Shown here in pieces: positions 41,696 through 55,940 of a stretch of DNA of 64,000 nucleotides (its first letter is position 1; every line of letters starts with the position of its first letter). The stretch comes from the human T2T-CHM13v2.0 reference genome, Homo sapiens. Location of the stretch: the NCBI RefSeq assembly GCF_009914755.1, contig NC_060929.1; one strand, 5' to 3'. The position numbers and the translations under genes are program-made. The notes under the pieces are model-generated. The model was not told the DNA's origin. It worked only from the letters and a program-made list of their open reading frames with translations, and did no database searches.

Positions 41696-41995
41696 TTACC
41701 TTGCATAGGTGATACAAGACCAAAATAAGAGACTGTATGCAAAAGGTCTGACATCCAGTAGGGATGCAAAGGTTAATTTTCTTCACATTTCACTCCTCCC
41801 ACCATCATCACAATCTCCCTCCTATTCCTTAATAAATCAAAGAAAAATAAGCCAATTGTTTAAGGCAAATCTCTACTTGGTTATTTTCTAAATCCCAGAG
41901 AAGCTGCAAATGGGGGAGATAAGAAGAGAAGAGACAGCGATAGGAAATCAAGAGGTTCCTTCCTTTTCCTCCTTAAGTATCTTCCAGTAAAAGTG

Positions 41996-42266
41996 AGGCA
42001 TAGTGGCTCATACCTATAATCCCAGCATTTTGGGAGGCTGAGGAGGGAGGGTCACTTGAGGCCAGGAGTTCAAGACTAGCCTGGGCAACATAGCGAGACC
42101 CCATCTCTACAAAAAAGTTAAATTTGCCAGGTGCAGTGGTGCATACCAGTTTAGTCCTAGCTACTGGGGAAGCTGAGGCAGGAGTTTGAGGCTGCAGTGA
42201 GCTAGGATCATACCACTGTACTCTAAACTGGGTGACAAAGCAAGACCCTATCTAAAAACAAAAAAG
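41996..42266 (+). mobile_element. AluJ with an internal right-arm deletion
   Basis: Dimer; 'gaggcaggagtttgaggctgcag' lacks roughly 20 nt. Confidence 0.93.
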
Positions 42267-43218
42267 AAGTGAGCAAGTGTAGCCACAGGCAGAGCTGTCA
42301 TCAGAAGTTTCCTCAGAGCATAGCTTGCCCAATCTCTGGTGATCTCTTTTGCCCAACATTGACCAGAGGTTTGGATCCAGGCTCTAGCCATACCAAGGCA
42401 CAGGTAGGCATGTGCAATGACCCGTGATGAGCCTATGACTTTGCTGGTAGGGCCTGGACATGGGTGGCAGTGGTCAACTCCTAGCCCTAGCCTTTCTTTC
42501 TCCAGTCTTTCTCAAGGGTAATACCTCATAGGACCTTCAGACCCTAAAAAGTGCATTCACAGATGACTCATGCCTCACCACAACACTTAAAATCACAGGA
42601 ATATTCCTGGCCCCATGTGACATTGAGGCAGACAGAGTCAGCTGGGAAAGCATAACTGCACCCTGGTATGATCCCTGAGGCTCGGCCCTGATACATATTG
42701 GACTTGCTGAGGTCCTGAAAACCCTGTTTTGAAATGCACCATTACGTATTAGAGTATTTTGGCATTATCACCAGCTTTGTCCTTTTTACTGCAGCCAAAT
42801 TGAGTAAACCAGGAATAAAGACTATTTTAATGCATTGGTAACTCATGTTCTTCACAACAGGAGGGATACATTTAGGTCATCAGAACCATAATGCCTTTAT
42901 GAAAGATACTGTCACCTAACAACGGTACAAAGCAAAAACGGACAAAAGACATTATTTGTCTTCTTTGCCCTTATTAAATTCACCGCCTATGAAGTTAGAA
43001 CTCAAAAAGAAAATCAGCATTAAAGCTTCTTCGTGTCTTTGTAACACCCATGAGCAGCATATGCTATCATATTGGCTACAAGCATAGAGCAAAATAATAC
43101 AAATAGAAGAAAAATACTTCTTTACTGGAATAGGAAGAGAGCAAAGCCTATGGAGAGAAAAATAGCCTTCCCAATCTTTGAGGCAACTCTTCAGCAATGA
43201 ATTAATAGCACAAAACTG

Positions 43219-43516
<298 letters not shown>

Positions 43517-43789
43517 AATAGCATGAGACTGTGGAAAAGAGAGGAAAATGTACCTTCTTAATTTCTAATCCTACTTTCCTCTTTTTGTCAAACAGTTCTC
43601 TTCTTCCATGATGTTTGTAAGTGGTTTACTGTGCCAAATGACTGCAGAAAAGCCTTTATATAGGAGGTGAGATGCTCATATCCTCAGAATCATTTAATGT
43701 AGGCTTACTGAAAAGGGAGATGTAAAATATGTATTCCTTAAGCTTGTCTTTCAGGCCAGCATTGTAGCCACCAAAGAGCTTTCACATCG

Positions 43790-43940
43790 GACAGGCTTCC
43801 ATTCTAATCAGAAATCTTTCCCTTACTAGTCGTATGACCTTGGAAAATTTACTTAAACTTTCTGACCCTTGATTCTCCTTCTGTAAAAGAGATATGGGGA
43901 AAAAATAGTGGTGTGTGGGTTTAAATGTAATCATATATAT
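43790..43940 (+). mobile_element. MIR fragment
   Basis: 'cttactagtcgtatgaccttggaaaatttacttaaactttctg...tctgtaaaa'. Confidence 0.75.
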
Positions 43941-44328
43941 CTGAGGCTATAGTGATAATATTTTATGTTTCTGCATAGTTAGAGCTTTCTGAGCAAATTA
44001 AAACAACTGCTGGAGGTTAACTTATGACTAATTTACATACCTAGAGAACTCCAGAGAGAGACAGACACAGGAACAATCTGCATTGTAAAGCTGGAGACCC
44101 TCATGTGATCCCTTTCCTCTAGAGAGATTTATTTATATTCCAAGGGACTAGGTGAGAATTCAGGATCCTTCCCATTATGTTGCCAAGGAGACCCTCTCAG
44201 GAGGGGAGGAGGATGGCATAGATAATCCACATTCATTTTTTTAGGATTCCTCACCCAAAATATAGACTCCTAGGTGTAGGGTTTTAATCTATCTGGCTAT
44301 CATTACTTGCTGTGAATAAATAATAATA

Positions 44329-46539
44329 GCATTCCCCTTAATAACTGGAATAAGACAAGGATGTCCACTGTCACCACTCCTATTCAATACAGTGCTGGAA
44401 GTCCAAGCTAGAGTAATCAGGCAAGAGAAAGAAATAAAAGGTATCCAAATTGAAAAAGAAGAAGTCAAATTATCTCTGTCCACTAATAATATGACCTCAT
44501 ACATAGAAAACCCTGAAGACTCCTCCAAAAGACTCCTAGATTTGGTAAATGACTTCAGTACAGTTTCAGGATACAAAATCAGCATACAAAAATCAGTAGT
44601 ATTTCTATACACCAATAATGATCAAGCTTGAAAACTCAATCACATTTACAATAACCACCAAAAAAAAAAATACCTAGAAGGTATTTTAAACAAAAATGTG
44701 AAAGATCTTGTTAATGAACCACAGTGGGGTCCACTCGTCTGGTGCAGTAAGGCCAAACATCCACACTGAGGTTTGCAGCACAAGAAAGGAGGGTGTTTAT
44801 TTGTAAAGTGCCAAGCAAGGAGAATCAGGCAGCTCACTTAAAACCTGAACTCCTCAGTAGCTTGTGAGCAAGGGTATTTAAAGGCAGGGGGAAATTTCAG
44901 GAAAGCCAAAGTTACAGGCAAAAGTATAAATTAATACAGGGTGTACATGGAGGTTACACATTAATTTGGCCTACAAAGGAGGGTTATCTTGAAGCAGGGG
45001 CTCACAGGTCATTCATAGGAAAATTACAGATGTTCTAATTTACAATTGGTTATAGAAAAGAAACTTTGTTTAAAAATTTGGGGTCAATAGAAAATAATGT
45101 TAGCTCTGGCTTGTGAGAATGACTTCCTTCAGGCCCTCAGGAAGAACTGTGGAACAAAGAACAACAGTCAGAGTTCAGTCCTCAGTTCCCCCTTATCTGA
45201 GGTCTATGTGCCAGAAAACTTGTTTAGTGGGGGTCTGGATTTCTGAAAAAAAAAAAACTCAGGAACATACATTAAGATGTTGCTTTTAGTTTCTATAGGA
45301 GACCAAGCATCCCATGACTCTAATTTTTTTGGCTATTGTTTTAATCCGCTATTACTTTCTCACCTATTAAGTTGCTCATTTACATCTCAGGGCTAGCTAG
45401 CTTTCTCGAACTTCACTCAAAGAAACAAGATTTTCCTTTCTTTCCATGCTTGGTGGGGCTGCATGCCCCTAAGAGGGGTCTCTGCTCCATCTCAATGTCC
45501 ACAAAGAGAAGTACAAAACACTAATGAAAGAAATCATAAATGACACAAATAAATGGAAAAACATCCCATGCTCATGGATTGGAAGAACCAATATCATGAA
45601 AATGACCATACTACCCAAAGCAATCTATAGATTCAACACAATTCCTATTACAAAACCAATGTCATTTACAAAAAGGTCAATAGGAAAAAAAAGTCAGTGT
45701 TAATAAAAAAAACAAATAATCCCATTTATAAAGTGTACAAAGTACATAAACAGACATTTTTCAAAAGAAGACACATAAGCGGCCAACAAACATATGAAAA
45801 ATGCTCAACATCACTAATATCAGAGAAATGTAAATCAAAACCACGATGAAATACCATCTTATACTAGTCAGAATGATTATTATTAAAAAGACAAAAAACA
45901 AAAGATATTGGTGAGGATGTGGAGAAAAAGAACACTTAAATGCTGTTGGGAGGAACATAAATTAGTACATCCTCTATGGAAACAGTATGGCAATTTCTCA
46001 AATAACTAAAAATAGAACTGTCATTCAACCCAGCAATCCCAATACTAGGTACCTACCCCAAGGAAAAGAAATCATTATATAAAAAAGTCACCTGCATTCA
46101 TGTTTATCACAGCACTATTGACAATAGCAAAGTCATGGAATCAACCTAAGTGTCCATATCATCGGACTACTGGATAAAGAAAACATGGTCAATACACACC
46201 ATAGAATACTACTCTGCCATGAAAAATAATGAAATCATGTCTTTTGCAGCAACATGGATAGAAGTGGAGGCCATTATCTTAAGTGAAACAACTTAGAAAT
46301 AGAAAGTCAAATACTGCAGGTTCTCACTTGTAAGTGAAACACATGAACATACAGAGTAGAACAAAAGACATAGGAGAACCCAAAAATGGGAGGGTGTGAG
46401 GGGGAGAGGGATGAGAAATTACCTTTTGGGTACAATTTACACTTTTCAGATGATGTTTACACTAAAAGCCAAGACCACCCCTATGCAATATGTCTCTGCA
46501 ACAAAAATGCACTTGTACCACCTAAATCTATAAAAATAA
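44329..46539 (+). mobile_element. 5'-truncated L1PB4-like element with a nested LTR and an internal deletion
   Basis: ORF2 RT-region motifs; 3' end 'gatgagaaattacc...cacttgtaccacctaaatcta'; TSD aataaataataata at 44315-44328 and 46540-46553. Confidence 0.9.
44709..45494 (-). mobile_element. ERV1 MER4-group solo LTR (LTR48/MER66-like), 786 bp
   Basis: TG...CA termini and 4-bp TSD atct/atgt; the host L1 resumes after it. Confidence 0.82.
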
Positions 46540-47134
46540 AATAAATAATAATATGCTCTGTTTCAGAAACTTCATGTGTACACTCAGGATAATATCAGTA
46601 AATATAAATATTTTTTAAATGTCATAAAATATCACTTATCTAAAAGAGTATCTGACATCTATAGATACTTAATAAATGGTAGTTTTCTTCAAGTTGATTT
46701 TTTAAACAAAATTTCAATCATAGAAACTCATCTTGAAATGCGTACTTAGTGTTCTTTCCTAGTCAATATTTCATTATCACATTTAAAGGTGAGTCTCACA
46801 TTAATAAAATCTGACAGTCACATAGCCATATCTGAAACACATAAATCAGGAACAATTGTTCCTATTACAAACCGACTTTTCATTTCCTAATAGAAAGTTG
46901 ACATGAGTAAAGGGCACTCTTTCGAGTTAATAAAATTTCATCTTTTACTTAAAATGGCCAACATAAAATATTCCCTTTCTGATATCCAAATTTGTAATGT
47001 GTTTGACGATTATTAACTACAGAAACTCCAAGGGACAATAGAAACATTAAAGACTATATGTACTGATTGTTATACTAGTGGTGTTGGTAGTAGTAATAAT
47101 CAAGTACTAGTAATAATCATTATGGCAATAACAA

Positions 47135-47365
47135 TAATAATTAACATTCAGTAAGCACCTAATAAATGTCAGACACTATGCTAGTTTACATGTTTTATTT
47201 CATACTCACAAGCTTCTCAGTTACATGTCCTCTATTTACAAATGAAAAAAAATGAGTTTTAATGAGGCCAAATAATCTGTCCAATTTATACAGACATTAA
47301 ATAGTAGAGACCTTAATACAGACCTCTCTGAGGCTCAGACCATACACATAATCACTATGCACTCT
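47135..47365 (-). mobile_element. MIR
   Basis: 'taacattcagtaagcacc...tgtcagacactatgctag...ctatttacaaatga'. Confidence 0.75.
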
Positions 47366-47685
47366 TTTCCTCTCGCTCCCTCTAGAGGATAATCCAGGTA
47401 GGAATTTAGGTAGTCTTGGGACAAAAGAGGCTGCTAGAGTGTGTAGGCATATGACTTTGGCTTCTAGCATTACCCAGATATCATCTTTGAAACTAAACAG
47501 CCATAGAAAGACTTGTAATTACTGTAAATTATCAGAAAGGAAAAGGAATCACACACAGTCACAGAGGAATTTCTTATAATATTTCTAATATAAAATTATC
47601 CAGATAATGAGTTAATTACGTGAGTACATGCATGTGCTCAGATACACACATAAACATACATCTTCGTATGCTTTTACACAGAGGT

Positions 47686-47712
47686 ACACACACACACACA
47701 CACACACACACA
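47686..47712. repeat. (CA)n microsatellite
   Basis: Read directly from the sequence. Confidence 0.95.
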
Positions 47713-48305
47713 TCTTTAACATTCAGTCCTCCAAGGAAAAAGACTTTTCATGCCCATAAACAGAAGCAGAGTTAGCATATCTCAGAATCTACTTCAGTTT
47801 TTTTTTTCTTTCCCTTTATAGTTCTATGCATCTGTCTAGGAATGCCTGCCCCCACCCTGGTATTTGTCATCTATAGGAATAATTTTAGTTGCTAAGGGGA
47901 AACATCTTATTTCAAGCATTGGTCCAGCTCATCTGATGCTTTCAGATAGTGAAGTGTGTAAGCTCTTCTGCCTTTCTTGGCTAGATGTGGGATCAGCCTG
48001 CAGCAGTAGATGGGAGCAGGATAGAAATTAATTCCTCTCCAGATAAAATCATTGTAAGCCAAAATGACTTTATCAGACAATTTTCCAAATTATAGATAAA
48101 TGAGAATAAATCAAGGATTATGTTTAAAGAAAGGAGTTTATGTAAAGGCTAAAAGATAGAAGAATAGAAGAAAAAGCAAGGTGTTGAAAGAAACTGGAAG
48201 ATAAATTAGCCTACCTGAGTATCTTACCTAGAATCACACTTATCAAATCCCACTTTAATTACAGTATGCTCAATCAAAGATAGCAGAGAAATAGTCAGAA
48301 AGGAG

Positions 48306-49378
<1,073 letters not shown>

Positions 49379-50094
49379 GGAGCTAAGGACCTTTTCATTA
49401 GAGACACATCTAAACTGATGCTTTGAGGGTAAAGACTTCTAAGTTAGTGAAATATTAAGAAAAAGCTCTTTTGGCACTAATTTGTTAGTGCAGAGTAGTA
49501 AAGACTTATAATCCAACACATAATATAAAAAGCAATCTGATCACCTGCCTTATGTATATAAAAATGCATTTGTGAACAGAATCTTCTTACCAGTAAATGG
49601 GGGAAGGTATGAGTCCAAGAACTGATTGTTTCCCAATTCTAGTTCAATTTGGAAAATCCAGTTCTCTGACCAATCTTGATAACTGCTTATTTGTATTTCA
49701 CTCAACTTTTCTCAGCACTGTCTCATATAAATATCTCTGACCTCTGGAAAAACATAAATACCAACTGGAGAGAACCATTCATGTTTATCTCCAATGCATG
49801 CCTAATATCTGACCTATTAGCTTGGTCCTATAACTAAAATTCCAGGAGAGCAAAGTAAGTTCTTCCCTTCAGCAGATTTTCATAAGAATTGTTATAAGAG
49901 CCTAGCTACTAATCATGAAGTGCCTATTGTGGCTGGAGAGTTTATATAGTTTCCTTCAAATCTTGTCACAACCTGATAAGGTACTATGATTCATTATCAT
50001 GGCAAGGAAACTGAAACAAAGTTAACTGTCCAAGGTTATATTAGAATGGATGAATTGATATTTGAAACCAAATGCTCCTCATTTCATTCAAGCC

Positions 50095-51122
50095 TGTGTT
50101 AGTCCATTCTCACACTGCTATAAAGAAATACTTAAAACTGGGTAATTCATAAAGGAAAGAGTTTTAATTGACTCGCAGTTCTACATGGCTGAGGAGGCCT
50201 CAGAAAACTTAAAACCATGGCAGAATGGGAAGCAGGCACCTTCTTCACAAGATGGCAGGAGAGAGAAAAGTGCAAGCAGGGGAAATGCCAGATGCTTATA
50301 AAACTGATACAGGAGAGAGAAAGAAATTATCTAGGCAGATAGTGAGGGCAAAAGAGTCCTTGGCAGAACTTCCCTTCTAGCAAAAAGCGGTCCAAGAAAT
50401 TACTTCTTTTCAAACAAAGAGAAGCCTGGAAGATCGAGCTGCAAACATAGTTGAGGAAGCTGGAAGCTTGCATGGGGGGATGCCAGCAGCCGCACCGATA
50501 AAAAGGGCTACCTGGGGCCAGGCATGTCCATGATGGGGGCTCCACCTTCCCTTTTTTGTTAACACATGCACAGTAAGAAAGAAATAAGCAATATGGAGTA
50601 ACTCAGGCAGAGGACCTACCTGCATAATAAAAGATTGGGGTGGGGGCTGCCAGAAAGATTCACACCCTATGCAGATGGCACACCTGATCCTAACCAGTTC
50701 TTTACACCCTATGTAGATCAGATACTGCTTCTCCACTAGCTCATCTATAAAACTCTTGTGTTTCACTGTGCATTGGCAACCCATTTTTCCAGGACCCCTC
50801 TCTGTAGCAGAGAGCTATTCTCTTTCTTTTGCCTATTAAAATTCTGCTCTAAACCTCACCATTTGTGTGTGTCCACGTCCTTGATCTCTGTGGCCATGAG
50901 ACCAAGAACCTCTGGTGTCACCCCAGACAATGAAGCTGCTTCAAAATCATGAGATCTTGTCAGAACTCACTCACTATCATGAGAACAGCATAAGGGAAAC
51001 TGCCCCCATTATTCAATCACCTCCCTCCCTCAACACATGGGGATCATAGGTCCCTCCCTTGACATGTGGGGATTACAATTCGAGATGAAATTTGGGTGGG
51101 GACACAGAGCAAAACCATGTCA
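50095..51122 (-). mobile_element. THE1C/D MaLR solo LTR split by a nested LTR
   Basis: 'ttagtccattctcacactgctataaag'...'gatgaaatttgggtggggacacagagcaaaaccatgtca'. Confidence 0.92.
50305..50943 (+). mobile_element. MER50-like ERV1 solo LTR
   Basis: Starts 'tgatacaggag..aagaaattat.taggcagatagtgaggg', ends 'gctgcttca'; TSD aaac/aaat; TATA-like 'ctataaaa' at ~50746 and ATTAAA at ~50835. Confidence 0.85.
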
Positions 51123-52019
51123 AAGTTCCTTGGAAACTTGTAATCTTAAATGCGGCAAAAATGTTCCTCTAAGTAATAAACAACACCTAGAGCCTCTAGG
51201 TTTTCTAAATGAGTGTGTTTTCAGAACGGAAAACCCCAAGCACCTGGGAAAGGAAATCATTCCAAAATAACTTTAAGGGCTTCATGTTTATTTAAATAGC
51301 AGGATGCTTCAGTAAAAGAAGCTAAAGCTGCCAAGCAGAGTCAGATTTTCTCCAAAACTTCAAGGTGAAGACAAATAAAGTTCACAGCATCATTACAGAT
51401 AATGAAAATGATCAACAATTTCCTGCCTCCACTGTCTCTTGTTAATATTTTGTCATGCAGATTGCCCTAATTTGATTTCAGGATTTTTCGTCTTGTTGTT
51501 GCCAAGAATTACAAATACAATGAGATATATTATAAAGTGGTATTCTGGGTCTTTTATTGTCATTATAATTCTCATTTAGTTTTGGAAATTAGATTTGACT
51601 TTACCCGGTAAGAGCAGAGCTCTTCTCCATATTTTCACGTACTGTGTGCCAGTCAGAAATCCCCTGGCGTGTCACCTCTTATTCATCAGCTTTGCAAAGC
51701 TGCCCTGGAGGAAGAGACACGGCAAGCAGAGAAACACCTGTAAAATTCATTAAAATCTCTTCTGAGAATGGTGTTTCTTATGGACTGAGCCACATTTACT
51801 AGGTGACAAACACACCCTTCTGGGCATTCAATTTATTGGTAAAATTTGCTCAATTGTTCAGTAGTCTCCCTATAACCCTCACTAACTGCAATCCTACACA
51901 TGTCCTTTTATTTAAAGCAGGCAAAGTCAGAATTAGCTGAATAGTCCTGTCCTAAGGAAAGGAGCAGTGTTGAATACCTGAAAAGCAATAAGGCATCCCC
52001 AAAAGATACATAACCTGCT

Positions 52020-52420
52020 TTTGAGCCAGGCACCCTAATTTGAACTTGAGCTCTGTCTTGAATTCACTAGATGTTAGGGAAACTACTAAGCCTCCATTTA
52101 ATTTCTACCTATCAAATGGAACTCATAGGGTGCTTGTGAGTATAAAATGAGATAATGTCTTTAAAGCAAACTTGTCCACATGAGGCCCAGGACGGCTTTG
52201 AATGTGGCCCAATACAAACTGGTAAACTTTCTTAAAACATGAGATATTTTTGCGATTTTTTTTAGCTCACTAGCTATCGTTAGTGCTAGTGTATTTTACG
52301 TGTGGCCCAAGACAATTCTTCCAGTGTGCCCCAGGGAAGCCAAAAGATTGGACACCCTTGCTTTAAAGTATTTAGTATAATGTTTGGTGTTTAGCACAAA
52401 TTTAAATAAATGTATGTTTG
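52020..52420 (+). mobile_element. MIR (host of MER30)
   Basis: 'ctaagcctccattt...tcaaatggaa...cttgtgagtataaaatgagataatg', resuming after 52368. Confidence 0.7.
52167..52360 (-). mobile_element. MER30 hAT MITE
   Basis: Characteristic internal sequence; perfect 8-bp TSD ctttaaag at 52159-52166 and 52361-52368. Confidence 0.93.
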
Positions 52421-52489
52421 TATCTGTATTTAAAATTCAAAATCATTGGCAAAGTGAAAAAGAATGGTTTTGCCAAAACTAAGGATTTT

Positions 52490-52610
52490 ACGGCTTGGTA
52501 AGTTTGTTAAACACAGGTTTAAACACAGCAAAACAGATTTTGTTACTAAAGATGTCCTAAAGCTTTTATTATGTTAATATGCATTGGGAACCTGCTGGAA
52601 GGAGCTGTAA
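52490..52610. mobile_element. MER103-like hAT fragment
   Basis: 'aaacagattttgttact...ttttattatgttaatatgcattg'. Confidence 0.55.
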
Positions 52611-53351
52611 TAAAAAAAAAAAAATTGAGCTTCACCGATGACAATCAGTCAGCTGAAGAGAGACACCCAAATGTCAAATCAACATTCAGAAAAACTGTCA
52701 CATAGTGGGATTCAAGGGAGGCCAAGCACAATTTCACCTCAATCTGAAAGAAAAAACACCAAAGGCAAGCAAAGTGGGCCCCTGAGGAAGGAGAGCAGAC
52801 TCAGAGAAAAAGTATTCTAGGGCAAATTACCTAAATGGAAGTTGTTACCTAGCCCTGCACACTCCCCAGCCCCTTTGGGAAACAGCTGGTACCAAGATGG
52901 GTGACAGAGAAACCAAGATGGAGAAATATCTGGGGTGTGCCCTGGGGCTCACTTTTCTCAGAAAGGAAAACAACCTTCTAAATCTACTAAGGATGCTGCT
53001 GGGAGGACTAAATGAGATATAGTGTGTTTTAAAATACCAAATGGTTCGACATTGTTATATTGAATGTAAGCTGGGACTACTTAGCAAGAAGCAGATAAAG
53101 ATGAAGTCAATATTTACTCCAAAAACTACTGAAATAATGAAATGGGACTTTGTTACTTGAAGTATGGCCTGCATTTTTACAAGATATCTGGGTAACTCAG
53201 ATACGCCTTAAAGTTTGAGATTAATAAGTGGACACAGTGGAAACCTAGCAGAAGCCAACCATAAGAAAATGAAACTAAAAATAAAATAAAACATAAAAAC
53301 TCCAAAACCCATCCATGTAGAATTTTTTAAACTTTCTCTTTAGTTACTCTT

Positions 53352-54142
53352 TGTGGTGTTATGATATATAGATAGATTGCTTTTCATCCACAGTTCCTGG
53401 CTCATAACTGCCATAGTCCTAGTTGCAAACTTTTGTTATAATGTTGAGTGTGTTAGGCCTCAGGAAACAGAATCTCTCTCCTGCCTTCCTTTCACCGGCC
53501 CCAAGGCAGGACTCTAATGTTCCCCCACCTTTCTGACTGTGGGTCTTGGGATCCTTTCCAGAGAAGGTCCGACCCTATACACTAAAGGAAGAAATGATGG
53601 AATCTTGAAGCTTCCATAAAAACCCAAGGGGACTGTGTTCCAGAAGCTTCCAGATAGCTGAACATGTGGAGATTCCTGGAGGGTGGTGTACCCAGGGAGG
53701 AAATGGAAGCTCCGTGCCCCTTCCCCTATACCTCACCATATGCATCTCTTCATCTGTATCCTTTGCAATGTCTTTCTTAGTAAATCAGTAAATATAAGAG
53801 TTTCTCTGGGTTCTGTGAGCCACTTCAGTAAACCAATTGAACCAAAAAGAGAGGGTCGTGGGAACCCCAACTTAAAGCTAGTCAGTCAGAAGTTCCAGAG
53901 GCCTGGACTTGTGCCTGAAGGGAAGGAGGGAGCAGTCTTGGAGACTGAGCCCTCCACCTGAGGGATCCGACACTGTCTCCAGGTAGAGACTGTTGAAATT
54001 GAATTACAGGACACCCACCTGGTGTTCACTGCTTGGTGGTGGGGAAAAACACGCACACATTTAGTCACAGAAGTCTTCTGTGTTGATCGTTGTGGTGGTA
54101 TGAGAGTAAAGGAAAAGCACAGTTTGACAGATTTTCCCAACA
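53352..54142 (+). mobile_element. MER21-type solo LTR
   Basis: 'tgtggtgttatgatatata...cagatagctgaacatgtggag...ttagtcacagaagtcttctg'; flanked by tactctt repeats. Confidence 0.88.
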
Positions 54143-54756
54143 TACTCTTGTGTCAAAAAGGAAATGCAAATATAAATTTCAGAATATTTAGAAAATAATG
54201 ATTAAGCACCATGTAGTCAGATCATCTGAAATAAAGCTAAATGCTCAAGGGAAAAATCTAACATGTTTAAAATCTATTTTTAAAAATATGAAAAAAATTA
54301 AAAATTAAGCATTTTCCTGTAGAAAAATTCTTAGAGATTCAGATTCTGTTTGGTTATCAGCTAGAACCTTAGGAATAGAGGATAACTGCAAAGGTCTGTT
54401 GAACTTGGGTTTATAATGAGTGTCCATCAGATGACTCTGGGTCTCCAAAAGAGCTATACCCTCTGTATAATGTTGAATGAAAAATAAATTTTATCCTGAA
54501 AGGTGGAGAGCAAGAAAAATTTCCTGTCTCAACCTAGTCATTGGATAAAACAACAACAAAAGATAATAAAAATGTGAAACATACAAGTTAGAAATAATAC
54601 AAAATATATCAATAATCATGAATAAAAGGGAATACCTGTCCTTCTAACATGCAAAGAATGTTGGATCAGATTGTTTATAAAATATCCAAATATATGCTTG
54701 CTGCTTAAAAATCACATGTCTAAAACATTAAGACCACAAAGGATAAATAAATATCT

Positions 54757-55083
54757 TGATAACAGGAGGTAGTTTTACAGCTTAGAGGAAGATGCCCAAA
54801 GAAGTAAGGTTCCTGCCCTCCTACGGAGACTGGGAGATAGGACACTGTGTTTCCATGGCTACATTTCATAGGGATGCCTTCCAGGTTCCTAAGAAAGACA
54901 TTACTGGTTTGTAAATTGGCAAGAAGCTTTCTTAAAAAAATTGTATCTCAAAAGGGCCTGATAAAGAACTTACAAGATTTTTAAAATAAATGCTCCAGGA
55001 AAAGGGAAATTAGGGGCCCAGAGTCAGGAAGAGGCCTGTAAAGTTTACTCAAGCTGAGGGGAACCTGGAGGCCACCTTGATCA
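54757..55083 (-). mobile_element. MER67/MER31-like ERV1 LTR fragment
   Basis: Minus strand begins 'tgatcaaggtggcc...gttcccctcagcttgagtaaacttt'. Confidence 0.65.
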
Positions 55084-55374
55084 AAGGTAAAAAAGCGACA
55101 GCTAGAGCAAACAAAGTAATTAAAGATACAAAAATCTTTAAATTACAGAATTAACAAATCTAATGTAATGGACATATACAAAATATTGTAAAGACCAATT
55201 AGAGAATAAACCTTTTCAAACATTCTCAACAAAATAATAAAAATTCTTTTTTTTCTAGGCCATAATGCAAGTCTCAAAACACATCAAAGAAATGGTAAAA
55301 TACAGAACAGATTCTCTAGTCACACGTAATTAACTTACATATCAATAACCAAATGACAGTTAGATAAATGCAAA

Positions 55375-55940
55375 CACAGTTAGAAGAGAGGCTTTTGGAT
55401 GCCCTCGCCACAAAGAAATGATAAATGCATATGAATTTATGATAAATGCAGGTGATGGATATGAAATACTCTGATTTTGTCATTATATAACATATATATG
55501 TATCAGAACATCAGACTGTGCCCCATAAAGATGAAGAATTATAATGTAAATGAAGAATTTTGTGAGCTTTGTCTTTCTAAATTCACCGGCATCATTCTAT
55601 CTCTAATTTAATCTTTGAGTGTAACAAATGTTAACATTTAAGTACTCAGATTTATCTAAGAAAATGTTGGTCAAAGTGTATAGTTTCCATGAATAAGTTC
55701 TGCAGATCCAACATACAGCATGGTGTCTACAGTTAACAATAATGTATTGTATACTTAAAATTTCCTGAGAGGGTAGATCTTAAATGTTCTCACCACAAAA
55801 AGGAAAGAAAGAAACAACTATGTGAGTTAGCTTGATTGTAGTGATTATTTCTCAATGTATACCTATATCAAAACTTTAAGTTGTAGCCCTTAAATGTACA
55901 TAAATCTTATTTGTCAATTATACCTCAATAAAGTTGAAAA
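55375..55940 (+). mobile_element. Two L1MA/MB 3'-end fragments (~55375-55548 and ~55670-55940)
   Basis: 'cacaaagaaatgataaatg...ggtgatggatatg'; 'gtagatcttaaatgttctcaccac...tgtcaattatacctcaataaag'. Confidence 0.8.
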
